From: Mobula hypostoma
Lineage: Eukaryota
Length of the DNA: 64,000 bases
NCBI RefSeq assembly: GCF_963921235.1
Contig: NC_086108.1
Coordinates: 67,520,001 to 67,584,000, forward strand
Reading direction: 5' to 3'
The translations under genes were made by a program, and so were the position numbers. Under the pieces are notes generated by a model. The model was not told the origin of the DNA and did no database searches. It worked only from the letters and a program-made list of their open reading frames with translations. Shown piece after piece: positions 13,297 to 25,714 of the stretch (its first letter is position 1; each line of letters opens with the position of its first letter).

Positions 13297-14446
13297 AATA
13301 GAATGGACCACCAAAATACAATAAATATGCAATGAATATTGATAGAATATAATCACAGAACACTACAGCACAGAAACAGGCCCTTTGACCTATCTAGTCT
13401 GTGCCGAAACATTAATCTGCCTAGTTCCATTGACCTGCACCCAGGCCATAATCCTCCAAATCCTTCTTATCCACATACCTATCCAATTTCCCTGAACTAG
13501 GCCCAGGTTTAATCCTCTGAGATGTTGATGCCTAGGAACTTGAAAAGGTAGTGACTTTTTGTGTGCAGCTCCCAGGGAATCATCAAGTATTCCTGTTTAG
13601 AACAGTTTTAACTAATTAGATTTCCTAGCAGCTGGTTATACCTGGGCCAGCCCAAAACTAGGTATTATAAACTAACGTACAATATAACAATATAATATAA
13701 ATTGTTCATAAAAAAAACCTTTGTTAATCAGAGGGTGGTGAGAATGCAGAACTCACTTCCTGCTGGAATGGTTGATGCAATTAGTTTAGATGCATTATGT
13801 AGTACACATGCCTCCATTTATTCCCTCGTGGAATGTTGCCATCACTGGAGGACCAACATTACTGGTTGTCCAGTTGTCCCTGAGAAAGTGCTGAATTTTT
13901 TTAACTGCTTCAATTCTTCACATTAATATAATCCAAAATATTGTTGACAGCACATTTCTTTGATTTAAACTCGGTGATAATTAAGGAGCCAAAATATATG
14001 TGTGACTTTGACTGGGAACCTGCATGTGGTGGTTTTATTTACTAAGTGCCATTGTTCCTTTCAGTGTCGGAGACACAAGTTTGGGAATCACTGTGAATGT
14101 AGACTGAATAACGAATGGCAACGCATTTCAGAATGGTGCATACCGTACATTAAATGAGCTGCTTTAACCCAGAGCACGCAAGCTGTTGAGCTTTTAAATC
14201 AAAAGCCACGTTGACAAAATGAGGGTACGCCTGCTGAGATGAAGCATAAACACAATAGAATGCTTGGAACAAATAGTTAGCAATGGTTGTCCTTAATTGA
14301 TCCAACAATTGCTGATGAGAAATAAAAATATTCAACTGCAAAAATTACCTTAGGTGTATAAAACATGTGAGGATGTCATAGCATCAGATAGTTCAAACTT
14401 CCAGTAATGTTGCCAACTAGAAATGACAACGAAAGTGAACACATAT

Positions 14447-15648
14447 CTACCAGGATAGCCTCTGACCTGACATCATGAATATCAATTTCTCCTTCCAGTA
14501 AAAAAATTTCCCTCCCCCTCCTCTCTTCTTCTATTCCCCAGTGTGGTCTCTTACTTCTTCTCACCTGCCTATCACCTCCCCCGGGGTCCTGTTCTCCCAT
14601 GGTTCCAGGTTAAGACGGCGCTACCAAACGCATGCAGCAGTTCAAAGGGCAAAAACAATGACTAAAAATATTACTAGTAGCACCTTTTCTGAAGTAAATT
14701 GTGGTAAATTATCACCGCAAACAATGAAGAGATGAGTGGAGGTGAAGCAAATTCGAGGGATGAACTGTGCTGGTACATTGCAGAATCAACGCAGATAGAG
14801 AGAGTCATTTGGAGACGTCAGGGCAGAGGAGTTCCAGTGCCTGTACAATTGGCCCGGGTGTGAAGTCGAATCACTCTGGGTGCCGAGCAGATTTGGAGAA
14901 ATCAAGAGCGGCTTCGGATTGGGCAGCGAAATCTGGGCCCGGAGGGAGTTGCTGGATGGCATGGTCTAGACACAGTGCACTTCACTATGCCGGGGCCAGG
15001 TCCTAGCGCGAGATATGATTCATTTTTGGACAATTTAAATGCCAGCCCAGATAGACTGGAAAGACATCATTCACTTTTCCCCAATGTTCACTCCTCTCTC
15101 CAAGGGGCTGAGGCTATGAAGTCTGCCCTGGTTGCTGTGCTCTGTGCCAGCTAATATGATGAACCATAGGAGTAGGAGTAGGCTTTGGGGCCTACTCCGG
15201 GGTTTAGATCTAAAGATTCATTTAGGCTCGCAATGTTGTTGCTCGCTTCTATTGATTGCATAATTTGTATTTCACCCCCTCCCCGTTCCCTTTCTCTGTG
15301 CATTGGTTGTTGGTCTTTATTTTATTGTTTTAATGGCTGCCTGTAAGCAAACAAATCTCAGGGTTGTATAATTTATACATTCTTTGATGATAAATGTACT
15401 TTGAAACTTTGGTCCACTAGCCTCTTCTACTAGATTCCTTCTTCTCCAACCCTTTGCCTACCCACCTGGCCTCACCTATCAACGCCTAGCTATCCTTCTT
15501 TCCCTGTGTCCACCTTTTTATTCTGGCGCCTTCCCTCTTCCTTTCCAGTCCTGATGAAGGGTCCCGACCAGAAACGTCGACTGTTTATTAATTTCCATAG
15601 TTACTGCCTGACGAGCTGAGTTCCTTCAGCATTTTGTGTGTGTTGCTA
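14447..15648 (+). mobile_element. Penelope-like element 3' fragment split by a second, non-autonomous insertion (~14603-15410)
   Basis: Pyrimidine-rich pLTR-like sequence at 14447-14600 resumes at ~15411 (CCCATGGT|...|GGTCCAC). It ends in the hammerhead motif and the CCTGACGAGCTGAGTTCCTTCAGCATTTTGTGTGTGTTGC tail. Confidence 0.55.
15546..15583 (+). ncRNA. Minimal type I hammerhead ribozyme-like motif (Penelope-associated)
   Basis: Stem I CAGTC/GACTG, core CTGATGA, short stem II (GGT/ACC), GAAA, palindromic ACGT stem III and a GUC cleavage triplet. Confidence 0.6.
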
Positions 15649-15799
15649 TCACGGCAATGTCTCCCTGGAAACAGAATGAGATCGAACCGGCCAATTACGA
15701 CAATTAACCAGTTAGCAATATAGTATTCCACATTTATTTTTTGCAGGGAACTGGTTATCCATGCAAAAGTAATCATCTGTATTCACGCATTTGGTAAAG

Positions 15800-16210
15800 C
15801 TCATGGCAATAAACATGAAGGGATCCGAAGGCACGGCGGTGTCAGGAATGGGTTATTTACCACGCCGGACCACGAAGTGGGAACCTCAGTTACAAGCCTC
15901 TGCTGCGCTGGGGACCGGGTTCCCGTGCTGAACGCTTCCGGAGTCGGTAAATGGCGATCCCGTGGAGCGTACGGCTGCGGCAGTTTGCAACGTAAGTATC
16001 GGCGTGGGAGTCAGTGGAACGGCGGCGGGGTACAGCGGTAACGGATTGTGCAGGCGCAGATCGGACTCAGCGCTGGAAATGAAGAATATTAGTCACAGTA
16101 GTGCACAAAGTCAGAGAGCCACCGGGACTCTGGCCTGCTGCTGAGGGCATCGAATCGGGAGGTGTTGGGGATGGGGGGGATGAAAAGTCTTTTTGCGGCA
16201 CGATCCTTGG
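15800..16210 (+). promoter_or_regulatory. CpG-rich promoter/first-exon region of MRPL55
   Basis: Local CpG/GC enrichment in otherwise AT-rich DNA. An ETS/GABPA-type CTTCCGG is at 15935-15941 and a YY1-like AAATGGCG overlaps the ATG. Confidence 0.65.
15951..15991 (+). CDS. MRPL55: Mitochondrial ribosomal protein L55, coding exon 1 (MAIPWSVRLRQFAT, transit-peptide-like)
   Basis: ATG in the CpG island; donor AC|GTAAGT is phase 2, matching exon 2. Confidence 0.8.
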
Positions 16211-17843
16211 AGTTAAACTTCATCTCCTGCTTCTGCCATGTATTTGAATCCTTTGTTGAAGTTATGCTCTCGGGTCAATTGCAATTGATCTTTAAAACAC
16301 CCTCCACATGCCAGGTGTAGATGTGCCTCAATTGTATACTCTTCCAATGAAGTTCATCCTTATCTGAAAACTTAAGGATTTGTTTTAGATTAGATTAGAT
16401 ATTAGATTCAACTTTATTGTCATTGTGCCGAGTACAGATACAAAGCCAATGAAATGCATTTAGCACTGACCAGAAATGCAAACAATAGTGTTATTTACAA
16501 AATAACTGCAAAATAAGTGATTTGTGATCACTAGCAAGAGAAAATCTGCAGATGCTGTGTGTTGTGATTACTTTTTCCTAAGCATTCACCCATTGACGAG
16601 TCTGTCACCTGACTATGCTCCTGTATAGCCCCTCCTCTAGTTGAACTATCTATTCACTGAGAAGAAACCCTCTGGTGCACCTGACAAATTCTGCCCTGTC
16701 TAGATCTCTTGCCTCTGTCTACATGGGGTAAGTTGAAGTCAGCCACTACAACAACCCTGTTACTTTAGCTCCTTTCCCTAATCTGCTTGCATATCTGTTT
16801 CACAATGTCCCAGTGGCTATTGGGGGTCTGTAGTATAATCCCATCAGAGTGATTACACCTTTCATATTTTCGAATTCTAAAGAAGTTTAGAGTAGAAAAT
16901 TGAGTAATAGAAAAGTTTAATTTCATCTTATTGCAATGCTGGTAAATGTGTTTAATGAACCAAATGCCAATTCATTAAATGGTTGACTATAAAATAAATC
17001 CCCTGTGTTTATTACTTTAGATTTTAGCCCCATGTCTAGTTTGGTGCAGCAATACAGTCATAGAATTGTACAACATGGAAATGGGCCCAACAGTCTGCTG
17101 GAGGAACTCAGCAGGTTGAACAGCATTTGTGGGAGGAAAGGAATTGTTGACATTTCAGCTCAAATCTGGATGCAAAGTTTCAACCGAATAATTCCTTTCC
17201 TCTGCAGAGCTTCTCCAGAGATTGTTCCCCCAGCTTCCAGCATCTGAAGTCTTGTGTCTCATGGAAGCAGACCCTTTAGACCAACTTGTCCACGTCAACC
17301 GAGATTTCTACTTGAGTTGGACCTATTTGCCTGTCATTATCCCGTAACCCAGCCTCTACTATCCATGTACTTGTCCGATTTTAAACTTTTAAATTCTACC
17401 AACATCTGCTACTTTCTCTGGAAGCTCATTCTCCCACCTTCTGTGTGAAAAGTTGTGCCCCTTTAAACCTTTCCCTCTCACCTTAAACCAATGCCTTCTG
17501 ATTTTCTACTCCCATGCCCTGGAGAACAAAACTGTTACCATTCATCTTGTGTATGCCTCTCATGATTTTATATACCTCTACAAGCTCACCCTCAGCATCA
17601 TAGGCTCAAGAGAAAAAAAAAGTCACAATCTTCTTGTTACTCAAGTTCTCCAGTCCTGGTAAAGTTCTTGTGAATCTTCTCAGCATCCTTTCCAGCTTAA
17701 TGTCATCCTTCCTATAGTTGGAGATGTTATACTTTGTATGGGATGTTTTACTATTATAATGTTTCAGGTTGACAAAAGTTCTGAACATTATCTTAAAGAA
17801 TGTGAGTTGCTCCCAGTAATCTCAATATTTATTCTTAAACTAT

Positions 17844-20650
17844 CGTAACGCGCTGTAAGGTTTCACTGCTAATCTAATGTTTTTTTTGTAATGTTCACTG
17901 CTGAAGTAACAGTTTCTCTGTAGCAGCAATGTTTGAGGTAAGGACGGACAACAACCGCCTAACTTATATCCTGACCTCAGTGAAACTGGATGCCACAGAC
18001 CATCTGTGATCGGCAGCGTTGTCTGCCTATGATTTCAGACTGAAGTACTGGCTGGGGAGCCGGAACGTTGATGCGAATGCTTTGTTCCGACGGGTGCATG
18101 AGGGACTGGACATGGACGAGGAGTGGGAGAGCGTTCCTGCCCCTGGGGTGAAAGCCATGTGTCAGTTTGCCATCACCATGAAGGCAGAGGAAAAGGAAAG
18201 GCCAGATCAAGCAGTGGATCAATTGGGGGCTTCTGATGATGCCATACCCCAAGTTTACTGTAACCTGACAGCTCTGAAGACAAATCCGTTGCCAGAATTG
18301 AGCTCTGGGGAAGTGGCAGCTGCTCAGCGAGATGATCCGGGCATTGGCACTATTTGGTCTGCGGTTGAAAGGGGAGACATGGCTCAGGCAGAGAAGATGA
18401 AACGTGTTTCGGTGCCTCCATTACTGAAAGAATGGCCTTGGTTGGAGCTGAAGAACCAGATCTTATACTGGGACATGTCACCCCCGGACCAACCTCGGCG
18501 ATGCCAGCTAGTTCTGCCCGAGAAGTATCAGAGGATTGTGTTGAAGTCACTTCATAATGGTTCTGGATATTTGGGGATGGAAAAAACCTATGGATTGCTC
18601 AGAGACCAGTTTTACTGGCCCCGAATGAAGTTGGGAGGTTGAGGAATACTGCAAGTCATGCATTCGCTGCATACAGCGGAAGACACTGCCTACGCGAGTA
18701 GCTCCCTTGTCCCATTTGCAGAGTGCGGGGCCTCTGGACCTGGTGTGTATGGATTTCCTGTCCATAAAGCCAGAGCCAGCAACATGGCGAATGTCTTAGT
18801 CATCACGGACCACTACACCAGATATGCTCAGGCTTTTCCTACCAAGGACCAGAGGGCGACTACAGTGGTAAAAGTGTTATGGGAGAAGTATTTTGTTTAT
18901 TATGGCCTTCCCAGGCGGATACATAGTGACCAGGGACAGGATTTTGAGATCAGACTCGTCTATGAGTTACTGGGCATGCTTGAAGTCGAGGACCACACCC
19001 TATCACCCGCAGGGCGATCCCCAACCTGAGAGGTTTAATTGGACCTTGCTAGACATGCTTGGGACCCTGGAGATCAGCAAGAAGAGCAGGTGGAGTCAAC
19101 ATATTGGGCATCTGGTTCACAGTTACAACTGTACGTGAAATGAAGCTACTGGGTACTCGCCATATTATCTGATGTTTGGGTGCGAGGCGAGGTTGCCCTT
19201 TGACCTTTGCTTTGGGATTGACGAGGGTGACTTACCACCGAAGCCTTATTTGAAGTATGTGTCTGATATGAGGGGAGAGCTGAAAGGGGCTTATGAATTG
19301 GCTGGGGTCGCAGCCACCAAGCAGAATCGAGGAAATAAGAGGAAGTATGATCAAAAAGTGAGGTTCTCCCAACTCCTGCCAGGAGACCGAGTCCTCATAA
19401 GGAACTTGGGGATACCTGGAATGCACAAGTTGGCTGACTGCTGGGCGGCCACACCCTAAGTGGTGGAGCGTCAGGTGCCAAACCTACCAGTTTTCCGGGT
19501 GAAACCAGAGGAGGGGAATGGTCCTGTCAAGATACTCCACCGGATCCACCTGTTGCCCCTGGGACGAGAGGTACAGGTAGACCCAGAGCCCGACTTGGAG
19601 CCTACACCTAGTAAGAGGACTCTGCGAAAATGTGGGGCGACTGCAGGGCCCACAGCAGGAGAAGCTGGGCTGGGCCCCGTCCATGAGAGGGATACTGATT
19701 CGGAGGATGATGATCTGGATGTGTGGTACATGCTGCTGTTCGCTAACTCCCCATTGACTGAGGCAGAGACTCCTGGCCCTTCTTCCACTGAGTCAGGTGA
19801 AGTGGAGGGGTGCTATCTGTGGGCAGCCTGGGTTACAGCAGGACCCTGAAGGAGAGAAAGCGGTGCCTGGACACGGGATAGGGGGCTCCGAGTGGCAGGG
19901 GGACATGAGTGATAGATCGGGAGGGAGGACTCGCCAAGTAGACCCGAAGAATCTACAGTCGCGTCTGAGCCTGAAGAGTTGGGTGAGGAGGTATGGAGGT
20001 CTCAGAGAATTAGGAGACCACCGGATAGGTTGGCTTATGTGGCGACTGGGGAACAGGGCGTGATCCCTACTGTTTTGGGGAGCTAGGTCACTGCCTTTTG
20101 CACCTGGATTGGGCTTTGTGTTTTGCAGGAAGGGTTGGCGAACTATCTCAATGTCATGAGGACATGACTAAATTTGGTTGGGGGAGAGTGTAATGCGCTG
20201 TAAGGGTTCACTGCTAATGTAATGGTTTGTTTCTAATGTTCACTGCTGAAGTAACAGTTTCTCTGTAGCAGCAATGTTTGGGTTGTGGCTGGAAATAACA
20301 GGATTATGGATGCTTGTTAGCCAATCAGGATTTTGTTGCCCTGTCTGGTGAATCTGGAAGCAGTTGATTTTGCGGGCTTTTGCCAGAGAGAGAGAGAGAG
20401 AGAGAGAGATGAACAAGAGGTGAATGGAGAGAGTTGGTAGACCGCCGGACAGGGTCTCTACTAACTACATTGTCAAAGGAAGAGTTAAAAAGCTTAATTG
20501 TTTAATTGCATATTGTGTACTGTTATTTTGGGGTACTGATTTGTTACGGGACACATCGCGCAGCATCCACCCAAACGAGAGTTCTTAAGTTTGGCCGGGC
20601 AGGGAGTTATCACCCCCTATATTAAGCTACTAGGCGAAGCGAGTGTTACA
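17844..20650 (+). mobile_element. Deleted Gypsy LTR retrotransposon (RNaseH end plus integrase, partial 5' LTR, 3' LTR) in MRPL55 intron 1
   Basis: The LTR start (C/T)GTAA(C/T)GCGCTGTAAGG occurs at 17844 and 20189. PPT GGGGGAGAG precedes 20189 and the LTR ends GTTACA at 20650. Frameshifted pol motifs: [54 protein letters not shown]. Confidence 0.9.
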
Positions 20651-21159
20651 ATAATATTAAATGGACTATTTATCTAGTCCTTACTGGATTATGGTAGCTT
20701 GCTTTGCACTAATTGTCTGCTATGAGATAACGTGCACTTTGAAAGCACTTTACCATATTATGCTGTGGGATGTCATTGAGTAATTCAGCACAGAACTGAA
20801 ACTTTTAGCCATCATGTCATGCTCATATCTATACTAATTCCACTTACCACCACTTGGCCTATAGCCTACTAAAGTTATGAGGCAGAGCAAATTGGTACGT
20901 AAGTGCAAGCCTATTATTTCCCAAAGGAGTATTAGAAAAATTATGACTGTTTGGTAACACTGTCTGTTTTGGTATAATCAAAGGAGCAGAACAGAATTTC
21001 ATTTCAGAAGTCAATTATAACTTTGTCAGTTCAATAAATACTTAAATCTAAAACTTCATCATGATAGAAGTTCTCAGTCGGGCTTGGATATAATGAAGTT
21101 TGTGGTTAAAGTTTTTGGGTAATATTTAAATTTTTTTGACAATTTTTTTTTTTACATAG

Positions 21160-21361
21160 TTTCTTACAGCTAAATGCTTCTGAAAGGTTGCTTCCTGCCA
21201 CATGTCCTTGGCAAAATCTGCCCAAACGAAACAATTCAAATAGAACGTCAGTAGTTCGCATTGGAAGGCAGGTCTACGCCAGGATGTATCCTGTTCTGCT
21301 GGTTCGACCTGATGGTTCTACTATCAATATCCGATACAAGGAGCCCAAAAGAATTATCACT
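21160..21361 (+). CDS. MRPL55: Mitochondrial ribosomal protein L55, coding exon 2
   Basis: Acceptor poly-T...ACATAG|T, donor ACT|GTAAGG; encodes YARMYPVLLVRPDGSTINIRYKEPKRIIT. Confidence 0.95.
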
Positions 21362-21411
21362 GTAAGGATTTACCAATTAATGTTTAACTTGAATTAAGTT
21401 CTTTTATAAGT

Positions 21412-24400
21412 TGTTACATACCTCATGGGTATCTTGTGACTGTCTTATGACCATGAGGTAATTGAGTAACTTGTGAGCATGATGTAATGGTCTTATGATG
21501 GTGGGGTGATTTAATTTTCCCGCCAGTGTGAGGTCACGTGATGACATGTTCCCAATAGGTGTTAAGGGAAACCCTGTTGTGACGCAGCTAGTTTTCAGTT
21601 TAGTTCGTCAGTTACTCCGTTATGCTGCGTACTCTGGACCACATCTGGACCCGACCAGCGAGGCCCACCACGTTCCGGGAGACCTGCGGTCTGCTACTGT
21701 GCCGGAGCGCTTGGAGACACGGCCCATTCCGACCAGCACCTCTCCGGAGCAGACGACCACACAGAAGAGACGGCGGAGACCTCAAGGTGCCCCAGACACT
21801 TCCCCGGAGCGACCACCGTAAAGCCCTGTTGGTGGCCATCCAGTTGCCGGAAGTGAGGCCTCCGCCGCCAACCTCGGAAATTGAGCCCAAGGCTCGGCTG
21901 GAGCGGAGGCCTCCATAACCATGACTCGACTTACGGACTTGTTTCAGCCAGGAGCCCAGCCATCCGGGATTAAGTGTTGGCTTTGGCGCCCAACCCAATC
22001 GACAGCCTGGGCCCCCGGCAGCTGGAAATGGCAGCGGAGCCTCCCCTGTTACTTGGCCCGACCCGGAGCGCACGATGAGGCAACCGGCCAATTGATTCCC
22101 GCGGGACGCATCCACCAACATCAAAGAGCTGACAACAACACACTGCATCGATGGAGTTCTGGATAGATGCACTACTTACCGAGGAAGCGTGGGAAAAGAG
22201 CTGGGCTGCTGGTCAGATTGAAGCTGAGGGGCTTCAGGGTCCCTATGCCCACCATCCTACTAGCTAATATGCAAGCCATAGAGAACAAGGTGGATGATCT
22301 TAAAGGGAGACTCACCTACTGCAGGGAGATGCAGAACTGCTGTGTATTCTGTTTCACCGAGACCTGGCTCTCCCCTGCCACCCCTGACTGTGCCGTCCGA
22401 CTGGAGGGATTTTCGATCCATCGGATGGACAGCACGGTGGTGTCTGCCTACTGATCAACACTGGGTGGTGCTCTGACACAGTGGGACTGACAAGCTCCTG
22501 CAGCCTGGACCTGGAACACCTGTCAGTAAAATGTCATCCCTACTATCCGCCATGGGAATTCACCTCGGTCATACTGACAGCGGTCTACATTCCCCCCAGG
22601 CAAACGTGAAGTGTGCTCTGAACCTACTGTATGCCAGCATCAGTGAACTTGAGACCAGGTATCCGGAGGTTTTGCTCATTACAGCCAGGGACTTTAACCA
22701 GGCCAACCTCAGAAAGGCGCTGCCGAAGTTATACCAACATGTCTCCTGCCCCACTAGAGGCCCGAATATACTTGACCACTGCTACACAGCAGTCAAGGAT
22801 GCCTACCGTTCCGTCCCACGACCTCACTTCAGAAAATCGGACCATCAAACCGTACTCCTCCCGGCTTACAAACAGAAACTGAAGCGGGAGGTCACGGTGT
22901 CAAAAGTAGTGTCGCGTTGGAGGAGGAAACGGATGAGGTCCTCTGTGACTGCTTTGAATCGGTGGACTGGTTAGTATTCAAGGACTCGGCAGCTAACCTC
23001 GATGGGTATGCCTCAGCTGTCACGGACTTTATTTGGAAATGCACGAAGGACTGTGTGTCTCGCAAGACGATCCGGGTATTCACTGACCAGAAACCTTGGA
23101 TGAATTATGAGGTCAAGTCCCTTTTTAAGGCTGGAGCTGCAGCTTTTAGGTCTGGGGATACCAGTCGTTACATAGAATCCAGGCGTGAACTCCGGAAAGC
23201 CATTAAGGGCGCCAAGATGCAATATCGAGCCAAGTTGGAAGCCCAGGCTAACCAAAGGGATGCTAGTAGACTATAGCAGGGTCTAAATGAGATCACTGGG
23301 CGCAAAGAAAAGGCTGGGAATGTCAATAACCGTGGCGCTTCTCTTCCTGACGAACTTAACATATTCTATGCGGGATTCGATCAGAAGTGGAGCGTCCCGC
23401 TCCCTCCGGATGAACCGGACCTGGTGGCATCGAGATTCATCGTCACTGAGGAGGACGTTAGAAGGGTCTTCCTGAAGATAAATCCAAGGAAGGCAACGGG
23501 CCCAGATGGCGTCCCAGGACGGGTTCTCTGGGCCTGTGCAAGCGGCTAGCTGGAGTGTTTGCTGACATCTTCAGCTGCTCCTTGCTTCAGTCTAAGATCC
23601 CCTCGTGTTTTAAGAAGGCAACGATAATCCCAGTGCCGAAGAAGAGCAAGGTGGCATGCCTGAATGACTATCGACCTGTGGCTCTGACATCAATTGCTAT
23701 GAAGTGCTTCGAAAGATTGGTTATGGTACACATCAACCACAGCCTACCGGTCAACCTCGATGCTTTGCAATTCGCATACCGGAGCAACAGGTCAATGGCA
23801 GATGCCATCTCTCTGGACCTACATTCCTCCTTAGAACACCAGGAGAATAAAGACGCATACGTAAGGCTCCTTTTCATTGACTACAGCTCTGCCTTTAATA
23901 CCATCATTCCAAATAAATGGATTCCTAAGCTCCAGAACCTGGGCCTTAGCACTCAGATCTGCAGCTGGATCTTCAACTTCCTCACAGACAGGACCCAGGC
24001 TGTAAAAATAGGGGACAGGCTCTCCTCTACAATCACTCTGAGCACCGGTGCCCCACGAGGCTGTGTACTCAGCCCCCTGCTGTACTCACTGTACACCCAT
24101 GAATGTGTAGCCAAGTTTCCATCAAACTCGATATATAAGTTTGCTGATGACACAACAATTGTAGGCCATATCTCGGGTAATGATGAGTTTGAGTACAGAG
24201 AGGAAATTAAGAACCTGGTGTCATGGTGCGAAGACAATAACCTATCCCTCAACGTCAGTAAGACGAAAGAATTGGTTGTTCACTTCAGAAGGAGTAGCGG
24301 ACCACACGACCCAATTTACATCGGTGGTGCACAAGTGGAACAGGTCAAAAGCTTTAAGTTCCTCGGGGTCAATATCACAAATGACCTGACTTGGTCCAAA

Positions 24401-25714
24401 CAAGCAGAGTTCACTGCCAAGAAGGCCCACCAGCGCCTTTACTTCCTGAGAAAACTAAAGAAATTTGGCCTGTCCCCTAAAACCCTCACGAATTTTTATA
24501 GATGCACCGTAGAAAGCATTCTTCTTGGGTGCATCACGACCGGGTATGGAAGTCCAAGACGGAAAGAAGCTGCAGAAGATTGTGAACACGGTGCAGCACA
24601 TCACACAAACCAATCTTCCGTCTGTGGACTCACTTTACACCGCACGCTGTCGGAGCAGTGCTGCCAGGATAATCAAGGACACGACCCACCCAGCCAACAC
24701 ACTTTTCATCCCTCTTCCCTCCGGGAGAAGGTTCAGGAGCTTGAAGACTCGTACGGCCAGATTTGGGAACAGCTTCTTTCCAACTGTGATAAGACTGCTA
24801 AACAGATCCTGACCCGGATCTGGGCCGTACCCTCCAAATATCCGGACCTGCCTCTCAGTTTTTTTGCACTACCTTACTTCCTATTTTTCTATTTTCTATT
24901 TATGATTTATAATTTAAATTTTTAATATTTACTAATTTTAACTATTTTTAATATTTAATATTTGTAATCCAGGGAGTGTGAAGCGCAGAATCAAATATCG
25001 CTGTGATGATTGTACGTTCTAGTACCAATTGTTTGGCGACAATAAAGTATAAAGTATTCGTCTCATGGCGCAGTTTCGTTTTAAAGTGGAGTTCTACTTT
25101 CTATTGTAAGGTAAAATCATTGTGCCAGCAGTTTCACCAGTTGCTGCCAGCTTTGGTGTATCTTTGATTTACCTTTACAGTAGTATTGGAAAGTGAAGAC
25201 CTTACTAAAGTACGGGAATTTGAAGGATCGAATGAAGTTTGAGTCGTTTGGCGGTTTTATAAAGGATCGACCTTATTGAGTCTTTGTTCAGAAATAGTGA
25301 CCTGTATCTGAGATAACTCCTGCAAGAACAGGGAAGTTTGTGCAGTGTTCACTTGCCAGAAAAAGGTCAGTTCCTTTAAGCCATTTTATTTCCTTCATCG
25401 TGAGTCCTTTGGAGAATCAGCAGTAACGTCACGTCTTTGAAGAAATCCGTTTCCAGAGAAGTCTCTCCTTATTGACTGTGTAAGTCACTTGGACTTTCGA
25501 ATTTACCATTTTAAGACTGCGTTCAAATTTACCACTTTAAGAATTGTTTTCAAGTTTACCCTTTTAAGAACTGTTCCAGAGTTGCCGTATAGCAGTTAAC
25601 TTCCGGTTAAGTTAGTTGTTTGAATACTTTTCTCTATTGTTGAGCAGAGTTTAATAAATGTTTGTTTATAAAACTTGACTCAATTCTACATACATTGTTG
25701 TTGATGCCGTAACA
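21412..25714 (+). mobile_element. Solo LTR with a 4-bp target-site duplication, interrupted by a LINE
   Basis: TGTTAC (21412) to GTAACA (25714) termini, flanked on both sides by AAGT (21408-21411 and 25715-25718). AATAAA lies near the 3' end. Confidence 0.8.
21610..25056 (+). mobile_element. Near full-length Rex1/Babar-like LINE (endonuclease plus RT), with a few frameshifts, stops and deletions
   Basis: EN motifs ILLANMQAIENK, FCFTETWL, DFNQANL, TRGPNILDHCY, SDH. RT motifs [38 protein letters not shown]. Tail AATAAAGTATAAAGTA. The 5' boundary is uncertain by ~20 nt. Confidence 0.9.

Noticed and set aside
12695..13363. 222-aa minus-strand ORF
   Set aside because: Chance read-through across a Penelope-derived repeat and a CR1 fragment.
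20385..20409. (AG)n microsatellite
   Set aside because: A short simple repeat inside a Gypsy LTR; unremarkable.
23555..24925. 456-aa ORF as a host gene or novel RT system
   Set aside because: Ordinary Rex1/Babar-like LINE reverse transcriptase with a frameshifted tail.
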